NCBI GenBank assembly: GCA_036172245.1
Contig: JAYWIR010000015.1
Location: 1,178,001 to 1,242,000, forward strand
DNA: 64,000 bases
Direction: 5' to 3'
Origin: Raillietiella orientalis
Taxonomy: Eukaryota
Shown here: one piece after another, positions 53,457 to 64,000 of the stretch
How the letters are laid out: the number at the start of each line of letters is the position of its first letter
Numbering within the stretch: position 1 is the stretch's first letter
Notes under the pieces: generated by a model
Databases searched by the model: none
What the model saw: only the letters and a program-made list of their open reading frames with translations
What the model was told of the DNA's origin: nothing
Position numbers and translations under genes: made by a program

Positions 53457-56400
53457 ATGGCGTCAAAATTCAAATTGACGATATTAGACAGACCACTGGT
53501 TAAACCAAAATCAGAGATAAGCCTCAGTGCATTCGCCTTATTATTTTCGGAAATAGTTCAACACTTGCAGCATCGAGTGTATTCCATACCAGAGCTTCAT
53601 GAGAGGTAACTTTTTTTGTATTATTCGGAGGGATTTTTGATCAGATGTTCGTAAAATGCTAATTCCTATACAGTTTTTGCCTTGACTTATTGTTTGACAT
53701 GTGCAAACACCCTGTGCTATATCTGTAGAATGAATATTAGGCAATTTAGAGGATTACTGCTTCTTTAGGAACTGAAGAATTGAACCTTCAGTTTTATGCA
53801 GACCATGTTATAGTCATACTTGTGTAATATTTCAAATGTTTTGTAAGGCATAGGCTCTCCATATCCCACAAATGCTGATTGTATGAGGTAGCTCTCTAAC
53901 ATGATTGTGTTTTTATACCCCATTATATTTAGGTAGGCATTGTGATTTTGCATAAATGCAAGCCCAATTTTGCCTCATTATACTTAAGGAATGAAAGTTT
54001 TATTGTATTAAAGTATAAGGATAGTAACATAGTACTCACAATCCTACAGTTCATTTTTAAGAGCTTTAGAGGCATTAAAATTCCACTCACTAATGCAAGT
54101 GAACCAGAACAGCTCTATGTGTTGAACCACAGTCAAAAGCATTAGTAAAAGTTTGGATAATTATAATAAATTTATTCAAGAATCTCATGAAAACGCCAAT
54201 GTTGTATGCAAAAGCTTTTGCTTTATTTTAAAAATAAAGTAAAAAATAAACAAGATATGTTGAATGGTACAAAAATTGTTTATGTATAATACAAAAATTA
54301 AAGGATAGTGACTTTACAATAACATTAAAAGCATATGCTTCAAAGAATAATTTAACTTGATATTCAGTGCATTTGGTAGTACATTTCTAGGTATGACCAA
54401 AGATTGGAACTTATGTATGGTGCAAGTATTGTACCTTACATAAATTAGCAACAAGTATTGCATGTTGCTAATTATGTAATGCAGCATATATGATTTGCGC
54501 ATTACTTATTCTTAAACTTCAAATTTATGATGTGCATCTGGAAATTTCATGTAAGTTTCATATTGTGTTTGATGGAATGCTGCAGTCTTTTTAATATTAA
54601 AATTTCTTGGATTGCATTCATTATTTTGGGTATAGGTTTATTAAGTTCTGTCATTTTATTAGCTCATGAATTGTCATGTTTGGATGTTCTTCTTTTAATG
54701 AAAATTTAGAGGATGCATCACATGCTTATTAATAACTAGTAGTGAATAATAAGATGAATGCATTTTCAGAATCATGGAAGGTTGATTTTGGTGTTGGATT
54801 CTGGTGTAAAATTCATCAAAGTTCCTTCATTAAAGTCCTTTTGTGAAAAGTAACAGGAGGTTATTATTAGGTTGGAATTTTGCATTCATGTAAAGAAGCA
54901 GATTCGAGAGGATTATTTCTTAATCCTATAATATGAGGTCCATGATTCCCTGTATGCAGGATGTATTGATGCAACATGATGTAAAAATGGATTAAGTGTG
55001 GCAATTTTAGAATATCTTCACGAATGGTGCATATGGATATAATGGAGTTTTTCAGAAATATGTTAATTTACTTCATATTTTGATGATAATTCTAGTTATT
55101 CAATGTTTCTTGTTTTAAAAAAAACTTTTATTTTAATGAATGTACAAAGGCCTTTTGTCTGCCAGTAGGTCAGTATTGTTAGCTAATCAATATCAAAAAT
55201 TAGGCATTAAAAAGGGTTACTTTAGCTTGTTATACTTCAGAAACTGAAATATAGGTAAGCCTAAATATAAAGTTGAACTCTAAAGAGCAAAAAGGATTTG
55301 TGAAGCTTGGTTTCCAGAGGTATTCTTTACTTCACAAATTTTTGTGAAGAAACAGTTTCTGTTTTTAGTATTTTGGATTTTCCGTGTTAATGAGTTTCTG
55401 ATGACAGATATTACCAATATGGCAACCTGACATGCAAATTTTGCATTCTGTAACTATATGTGAAAATATTTTTTGTAATTTTTGATTTTGCAAATATCTA
55501 AGCTAATGAATGAAGGGCAAAGTTTAATTCAGTACAATTTGTTTTGTTTCCACATTACCGAGATTCAAGTTCTGAGCAGAACATAAATAAAATTTGCAAT
55601 GAGAATAATGACTTTGAGTTCTTGGTCAAAAGGTAGTGCTGGTTATTATCAATAATTATACAGTGTTGTCTAAAATGGCATTTTACCAGTGAGTTTTTCT
55701 AGTAGTGATTGTGGATTTTATTTGATTTCCTGTTTCATTAAGCTGTAATGCATAGATGAAATATGAAGTCATAGGAAGCATATTGCTTCCCACAACTTAA
55801 AATTGCATTGTCTAGCATGATGTTTTTGTATTTGAAAATCCCTAAACCATATTTGCTTTCTTCTTGTTAAATTTTAAATGCCTCTTTTTAATATTTTAGA
55901 GTTCAAAGATACTTTGTAGTTATTGTTAAACTATTATTATTTTGTAGGTTGTCATTGCTTGGACAGCAGGTTGGATTTCGGATGTTGGAAGTTTTGTGCA
56001 TTAGAGAAAAAAGTTGCAAACGTGAAATCAAGCTGTTGAATATGTTGCAGTTTATTCGATCAGTAGCTTGGAAAGTAAGTCCTCTTATTCTGTGTTTTAT
56101 ATTCTAGTATTTAGTCATTATTTGGGAAAGAAGCAGAAAAATTGGAGCATTCTAATGATGATGATTCAACATATTACATTATTGAAAAGGAACCTTTAGT
56201 AAACAAATTCATCTCTGTTCCTAAAGATAAAAGTAGTTTGAATTGTGCAGCATTTATTGCAGGAATTATTGAAGCAATGCTAACTGGTGCAGGTTTTGTA
56301 AGTAATTTTTTGAACTTTGTCTCATATAATTAAAATGAACATCAAATGATTATTACTTAGTTTTTTTCAACTTTACTCATGTGCATCAGCAATGTTTTTT

Positions 56401-57714
56401 GACTCAGATTTAAAAATAAAATTCAATTAGCCTTTTTTTCAACAAAAATTGAAGCACTTGTTTTCATGTTCATTTTAATTTTTTTTTTTTAAATTGAACT
56501 TCCAATAATTTATAATTCAGGTTTTCAAGTTTCGTTGGGAAATTAATTCTATTTTTTGCAATAAAATCTGTCCATGTAAATGATATAAGCAGATTTGATG
56601 GAATGTTCTGTGGAGCTAATGTGTTCTTGTACAACAAAAGTTGTTTCTAAGTTTTCAAGGTTTCTGGTAAATTGATAAATTTTTGTTCATACTGTTTCTT
56701 CCAAAATTTTAGTCATTGATATTTGTCACTTCTGAGTTCATGGATTCCGCTCTTGCATATACTAGTAACTTATGCATGTAAACTGCATCTTCACTCTTGC
56801 ATTTTGCCTTCAGTGGTGGTATCCGTTTTACTACTTCCTTTTTATAGTTAGAACAATCTACTAGAACAGTTCCAATAATAGATTGTTCTAACTATGAAGA
56901 TGTATGTAATAAATGGTCACTTATTTAAATCTTGAGGTTTTGTATTTAGCAAACTTTCCTTGAGTTCAGTTCAACTTTTCCAGACTTTCTTTTGCCTTAT
57001 CATTACTAGTTAATGAAATATAACTCTTCAAACAGGTTTTCCATTGTATACTTGAGAAATTTGATTGGCTCATTTGCCAACAGCACTCTGAATTCATGCT
57101 CTTTGCCTGCCCTTTAAATCTGTGTTTCTGTAGTTTTCAGCATCACTTACATATGGCAAAACTGCACTTTGTGGCACAATCTTTGTAAATGATTGAATCA
57201 TTTTTTCGTTATTCTCAAATCCTCTAATATTTTCTAATATCCTGGTTTTTAATATACATTTATTTGATGGTATGAATTTCAAGAAAAGGTGTGCCTTTTG
57301 CATTTCCGGATACTTCCATATATAAGTCTGTGAGTTTGTTTACTTGGATGCTTGTATGTAAGCATAGTAGTAGTTGTAGGCATGTGGACTTAGCATGTAT
57401 ACTATCAATGTAGTAAAAACTAAAGAAAAAAACTCCTGTATGCAAAAATGTGCTAAAAATTGAAGTTTTAGCCTGTTTTTGTTTGTAAATGATATAAGAT
57501 ATTTATTTATAAATGATATTTATTTTATTATGAGTATCCTAGTAAAGAAAGCTCAAAATCTGGTCAGTGTAATTTGTTTGTTCACTTGAAGAATTCATTT
57601 GTTTTGGAATGTTTCCAGGCTGCAAAAGTTAGTGCGCACTGGCACAAAGGAACAACATTTGTAATCAAATTTGAAGAATCTGTAATATCACGAGAGAAAA
57701 GAGAAGGAAAATGA
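53457..57714 (+). CDS. TRAPPC5: Trafficking protein particle complex subunit 5 (Trs31), 4 coding exons, ~184 aa
   Basis: Exons 53457-53605 (MASKFKLTILDRPLVKPKSEISLSAFALLFSEIVQH...), 55948-56074 (LSLLGQQVGFRMLEV...REIKLLNMLQFIRSVAWK), 56115-56297 (SLFGKEAEKLEHSNDDDSTYYIIEKEPLVNKFISVPKDKSSLNCAAFIAGIIEAMLTGAGF) and 57619-57714 (AAKVSAHWHKGTTFVIKFEESVISRE...). 555 nt in frame with GT-AG introns. AATAAA at 57923-57928. Confidence 0.93.
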
Positions 57715-59681
57715 ATTTGGGAAATTTGAAAGCTGTTGCAGATGACTGGGGAGATCAGTTTGCAAGTTTAGATGGAAGCGTTTGCTATTCAATGAACAGA
57801 CATCCCCATGTAAAGTGTAAACGTCATTCAGCGAATTTGTTCGGAATTTTGGGTTGTTTGTTTTTTATGCAGCACTTTCCTGTTGAAGTTAAGCTTACAA
57901 ATTTCTCGGTTATGTGATATGAAATAAAGTCAGTTTTTTTGTGGACGAAGCTTTTGTATTTATTTCAATTTTTGGAATTCCTAGCACCTTTTTGGTTGCT
58001 GAGTGTTGCTATTGATACATTTGGCGTTTAGGATGCAGCATGTTTGAAGGAATGTAACTAAGTAGTGTAACAAATTGTGTATGTTCTTGTTTACACTTGA
58101 CTTTTTGTTTCATGTCACAGCTTTGGAATCTTTGTGGAATAGTTCTCCCCTTAATTATTGAGGTGTATTTTTGACAGAAACGGTAAATCAAGATACAAGG
58201 ACAAAGTTGCAAATTTTTCTTTAAATGAGAAAACGCTTTCCATAAAATTTATCGCGGTCATCATTTACACCCAAATTTGCGTACGTAAACCGTATTAAAT
58301 CCTGTTCTAATAAATCCCCGTTCCCTCATGTGGATTCCCCCATGCCTTGGTTCACGCTTTCCCTGCTCAGTTATCTAAGAATCAGTTGCAATTCTATTGC
58401 TTTCGGCACCACGTGTAGTTTCAGAGAAGGCAACATTAAAAAAAAAAAAACTGCTAGTAATGTGAAATGTCTAAAATTTTATCCATACTGCCTCAACAGA
58501 ATCACATATTGAAATTACATATTTCGGTATTGCTGCAGTTCCAAGCTACATTGCCGAGATGAGAGACTCCTTCCACAACACGGAGGATTCAACTATAAAC
58601 AACTACCACTTTATTCTGTAGTTTTGTGTGCAGTGATCATGGAGGATCTCAAAAAAAGAGGGTCTCCACACGTTTTGTGTGGCTTGAGGGCAGTCCCCAT
58701 TAAAGAAATAAGGAAATGGTCAAACGTATCCGCGCTCTACTTAAAATTCTCTCCCAAATTGTAAACCATGAATGCAGGTTTATGTAAAATAGAGGTGCTT
58801 TGGGATTTGGGAGCACAAGTGGTTTCTATGCTGAATGATGGATGCTTCGCCAGGTGAACGAGATGCAAGTGAGCTTGCAATAGCTGTGACCGTGCGCCTG
58901 AGTGCATCCATTCAGAATCAGAAACATTTCACCTTTCTTGAGCTAACATCTCCCAAAGTTACTCACTTCGCTAATGAATAGGTCCCATCAAGCCGAAGAC
59001 CATTCGGATTCCATAAGTTCTCCTTTGTGCATAGTCTGCACTGGGCAGTTTTTCGTGTTCCTGAAACTTCTGAGAATTTTTTGCATTTTTAAGGTAAAAC
59101 CGCGGTTACCCGGCTTAAACGTGGCAGTGGATCGATCTTCAGCAACAGTCCCCAAGGAAAATCATTCCGATCCTTGACGGCAAGTTTTCGGATGAGACAC
59201 GCTTTCTTAAAATTGCAAATGAAAGGCATCCTAGTCTTTGGATTAGCCGAAGTCACACACGTTAGAAAAAAAAACAAAAAAAATGTGAGTTTTAAGGACA
59301 GTTTTTTGAGCATCTCGGCCACTTCGCTTGAATGTCACCACCAATCAATCCTTGTTGAGTTTCAAAGTGGAAGCCTTTCATTTTTTTTCTCCACGGAAAA
59401 TAGAACTTTATACAAAACAGTAACACAGATAAAGACTGGATGGATTTGCAGAAACAAAAATAATTGCATTTCAAGTTTATGATTTTCGGGTTTTTTTTAG
59501 GTTTTGAACGCAAACTTCCTTCCTTTACTGCTAAAAGCAATACAAACACATTTTTAACATGCATCCACCATTTATTTAGTAGCCGACATGTAGACTTTTT
59601 GTTGCATCCTGTTGACTAGCTGCATAATTTTATCTTCGTAAGTATCAGTGTTAGGAAATACTCCCTATATAAGAAAAGAAC

Positions 59682-59684
<3 letters not shown>

Positions 59685-59765
<81 letters not shown>
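59685..59765. repeat. (AT)~40 microsatellite
   Basis: Perfect AT dinucleotide run. Confidence 0.95.
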
Positions 59766-59766
<1 letters not shown>

Positions 59767-60357
59767 TGATAGCATGTGAAAAATATGCAACTGACGATTT
59801 CAGCGGTTCATGTCAAAAATTTCAGTTTTAAGTGAAATGAGTTACTTAATCAGAACATGATGTCCAGGTACTGCAATAGCACGCACTGTACCTTAATTAT
59901 ACGTATGTCCACGGTCCATGGACTGTTCAAAAGAGAGATACGCAAGGAATCTTATTGTGAACAGATGCAGTTTGCTGTACACACCCTCAAGAACGCACGT
60001 GGCTTTCTGGAGTCATTTTAAAAATAGTAACTGCAAAAAATCGAAAAGCAAACAATGTTTACCAGCAAAAACCCCATCTCGCAAATTTGCCTGCCAAGTT
60101 CCTTAATGTGTTCTTTAACGCCTGGAACGACATGAGTGCAACGAAAATAGCATCTCAATCCAAATATTTGGGAGTCTCCGGTCTCTGCCTAACAACACTG
60201 CTTGGAAATTTTATTCATCAAAAAGATGCATGAGGTCGCGTAAAAAATACTTCTCCGGGAAACGTAAAAACCTATGAAAGGTTTCTGGTGGCTCAGCAAA
60301 TAACTCGCAAATAAGAATTCATTCTTTTGACTGTTACTTTCTTCCCATGAAACGAAC

Positions 60358-60391
<34 letters not shown>

Positions 60392-61271
60392 CATCTTTGT
60401 GAAGAGAATACGAAAAGAATGGGGATGATGCATCAATTAATAAATGACACCAGAGCAAAAAATTCGTTTGTGCCATCAGCCCCAGAGATTGAACTCAGAG
60501 CTTGTATGCAAACAAAATCCCTACAATAAGCAACAGGAAACAAAAAGCCTCACAGCATTCACGCTTAAATTTTTTTTTTTTGGCCTTAAAGAGACATGCT
60601 TCGGGGTCTCTTCACTCAAGTTCAGTCTTTTATGTTCAAGCATCAGCTTGTGTTTCTACGACAACATACTAATGTTCAGCATGTCTCACTCTATTTAAAC
60701 ACTCAAAAATAATTGAATATAGTACGACTGGAAATGCAGACATTAGTCCTATGCCTGTGGAAGGCATAGGACTTTGAAATTTATTAAAACACAGCAATGA
60801 ATGAATGCAAATAAGCAAAATTATGCCATTGTAGCAATCCTTATTATTTAATGAGTTTTTTTCTTTCTTTCTCTCTCTTTATTAACATGCATGACACTCT
60901 TGAATGTTTACTTATTGACTCGAATCCTCCTGTTGCAACTGATCTAGAGTTCAATGAATGAGCACAAGATTGCTTCCTTAAGAGGTGATCAACCAGTGTA
61001 TATCATAAGCAATGGACGGAGATCGGACTGAAATCGAATAATCCACCACCGCATGCAAATCTTCAGCCGATGTACCCATTTCGAGACGAATTTCGGGATT
61101 TCCTCTCTTCTTCCCCCCCCCCCGTTAAGCCACGGCTACCTAATTGATTGATTCGTCTCCACTGTAAGGTGGCAACGTTGGCGAGCCATTCCCTTCTCTT
61201 CTGCACCCAGCTGTTTCGTATTGTACCTGAAGCAGGATGCGAAGCGAATTGTACTGAGAAAGTTGTACAAG

Positions 61272-63199
61272 ATGTCTAACGTGATAAGTGATGCATTCGA
61301 TGACCCCTTCTCGGTGAGTTTGGTGAATTGCCAGTTTTGGGGGGAAAGCATTGTGCAGAACGGTTCATCGCTGTGAAAAAGTCGATCCCCCGAATCACCC
61401 CGCGTCTCGCCAGCAAATGACAGAATCGATGTTTTTCGTGATCCTTTTCCACGGGAAAGACGGTCTTTGAAGGCAGAGACATATTCAGCAGCCGCGGTAT
61501 TTAACACCAAAGTTCTGCGATCTTACTAGCACTCGTATTTGATCTCACAAGTGATCTGCATCAATGTTGTTAGTGAATCTGTTTCTTTGCTGCTTTCTCA
61601 GCAGTTTGTAGGGTGATCGATAGTGTTTCATAGGTAGACGTCTGTCGATTAATGCAGTGCTTTCAACATAACTGCTTTCTAGCCTTTCGTTAGATTTGAC
61701 ACGCGATATCGAGTTTACTCGTCAGCTTCATCGCTGCGTAATTGTTCATATTTAAAAGTTTACAATAGTTTTACATATGCAGTTTCCTGAGGTACTGCTG
61801 TGGTTTTTAAAATTTCTCAAGTTCACGTGCTTTCTTTTGAACTTCAGGATCCTTCCATTAAACAAGCTGCTGGAGATTCTTCATTGCAAAGGTTAGAAGA
61901 CTATAATCCGTTTTCTCCCAATGACAGAGATAGTAGTAATACACAGGTAATGTATGCTTTCAAACCATTAAATGTCGCGTTTTGGTGGAATGATTTTGTA
62001 AACAACCCCATCATATAGATGATGACACTTAAAACTTCATATTTCTTAAATTGCAGAAAAACAAGAATACAAATAATGCTTCCTATGACAAGAACACGAA
62101 AAGTCATCCTGCAGTTTTAGTATCCACTCAAGAGCAAATTCCTTCCAAATCTACCGGTGCATTGACGGCAGAGCTTCAGGTTTGTTTTTAACACTGAAAT
62201 TTATCGAGTGTTTGTGTAGAAGAAGCAAGAAGAGTTGGAACGCAAAGCCCAGGAACTGGAGCAGCGGGAACAAGAATTGCAGAATGCAGCTTACAATGGT
62301 ATGGGTGATTCATTGTCTACTTTCCTGATGCATTAACATCCCTATGTAGTACGCAAAAACAACTGGCCTCCTCTTCCTTCCAAATTCTGTGTAGGACCCT
62401 GTTTTTATCAAGATATTAATGTGGATATTCCCTTGGAATTTCAAAAAATTGTCCGCTACTTATATTACTTGTGGATGTGTGAGTACCTAAGTTGAGTTTC
62501 ATTATTCTTCTGGGATGCAGATCATAGTGCTGTTCTGCTGGCTAATCTTCTGGTTGCCATGATACTGCTTTTTGCAATAGGTGCACAATATGCTGCATCA
62601 TTTGGATTGGGAATTTTATATTTTGTAGTGTTTACTCCATTTTCTTATTTGTGCTGGTTTCGACCAGCATATAAAGCATTCCGGTAAGATTGTTGATTTG
62701 TCATCTGGTCATGAAAATATCAGCCTTTATTCTGCAGCAGTGATAGCTCAGTTAATTTCTTTGCCTACTTTTTTGTTTTCTTTTTCCAAATGATCGTATC
62801 GATAGTGCATGCTATTGGGATCCCAGGTGTAGAGACATGTGGCTTTGTGGTGACTATTAGAGTATTCAGTCATGGTGGATCAGGCTACATATTAGGAGCT
62901 TTAGCTCTGCTTGTTTCTTTGGCATTTGCTACTGCTAGCATCATGGACTTGGTCATGTTGCTAAAAGTGAGCCAGTGTTAGCAAAATGCATTCAAGTACT
63001 GATCATTTTTTTTTTTGTACAGGTACATGCCTTATATAGGAGCACTGGTGCTAGTTTTCAAAAAGCCCAAGCTGAATTCACACAGGGTGTGCTACATAGT
63101 GAGCACATGCAAAATGCAGCTGCTAATGCTGCATCAGCTGCTATGAAGAATCAGTTTAGCAACATGGCTGCTAAAACAAGTGGAACAGGTCGATTTTGA
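61272..63199 (+). CDS. SCAMP: Secretory carrier-associated membrane protein, 8 exons, ~346 aa
   Basis: Exons 61272-61313, 61848-61946, 62057-62179, 62220-62298, 62350-62478, 62521-62683, 62738-62966, 63023-63199 (1041 nt, GT-AG). Motifs: DPF/NPF N-terminus, coiled coil [35 protein letters not shown]-peptide [15 protein letters not shown], hydrophobic TM segments, [19 protein letters not shown]. Exon 1 is the least certain. Confidence 0.92.
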
Positions 63200-64000
63200 A
63201 TCTAGAGGTGGATTTTTGTGAGTAGCATCATATGTACAAAAGTTACAGCATTGAGTTGGTGATGTTTCTTTGGATTCCATGTGTGCAATGGACTATATAC
63301 AGAATGGACCTAATATCAATGCAAACTTCCATAACTGACAAATTACATTAATGTCATCAGAAATGCAAAAATGAAGTGTGACAAATACATGAACAACTGT
63401 GTTTTTTAGTTGTTTTTTAAATGTTTGTTTAACTGGGAAGCACTGACCCATGAAGTTTACGCTAATGAATATGCAAATAAAGCCAATGAACACATACATT
63501 AAGTGTGAACAATTTACTGTTGCTGTACAATTGGTTAGAGTTTGCTGTATTGGTTATAGTGATCTTGAAAATATTCAGTGTACTTAGTGTGCTTGATTTT
63601 GTAATTTATTTGAGAAATAAAATGAAGGTATGAAAAGGGTTGATTGTTGCCCATTCATCGAAAAAAAAAAAAAATGAATTTTTTTTCTTTATTTTGCCGT
63701 ATTATTTAACTTATACAGAGGAAAACTAATATGTCACCATGTCAAAATAAGAATCACCAAGTTTTTCGGAGGTTCTCTACGGAAACTGAGCTGAGGGGAA
63801 ATCGCCTGTAACTTAAAGGTGAAGCGATTCCTTCTGTGTAAAAATTTGCAACTTCCAGGTGTCTATAAGAGTCAATAATTATAACGAATTCCCGAATCGT
63901 TTTCGTGCTAGCAGCTTCTTGGTTCCCCAACCAAAATTCCACGAAAGTCGGTTTCAGCGATTTCCGCCTGCAGCGGCGATTAGAACCGTGTTTTCTGGCG

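Overview
This is eukaryotic genomic DNA from an invertebrate animal, most likely an arthropod (inference); nothing prokaryotic, CRISPR-like or rRNA-like was found. Four intact spliced genes can be assembled by hand, all on the + strand: a Draper/CED-1/MEGF10-type engulfment receptor (15926-19069, ~970 aa), cathepsin L (35404-37439, ~327 aa), TRAPPC5/Trs31 (53457-57714, ~184 aa) and SCAMP (61272-63199, ~346 aa). Eleven of their 19 introns are only 40-56 nt. The intergenic DNA is mostly decayed, nested mobile elements: many 5'-truncated L1/Tx1-like non-LTR fragments sharing a 3' AATAAA + CCCGG/CCGGG stem-loop, three copies of a tRNA-headed SINE-like element rich in CTTCGG motifs, mariner remnants, TA-flanked pogo/Tigger-like MITEs, AT-rich Mutator-like TIR elements and probable BEL/Pao relics. 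Most of the GC-rich ORFs in the track are shadows of these repeats. No convincingly new multi-gene system is evident. The most distinctive signals are the structured SINE-like RNA, the conserved LINE 3' hairpin, the very short introns and a mosaic CpG pattern. All assignments were made by eye, without database searches.
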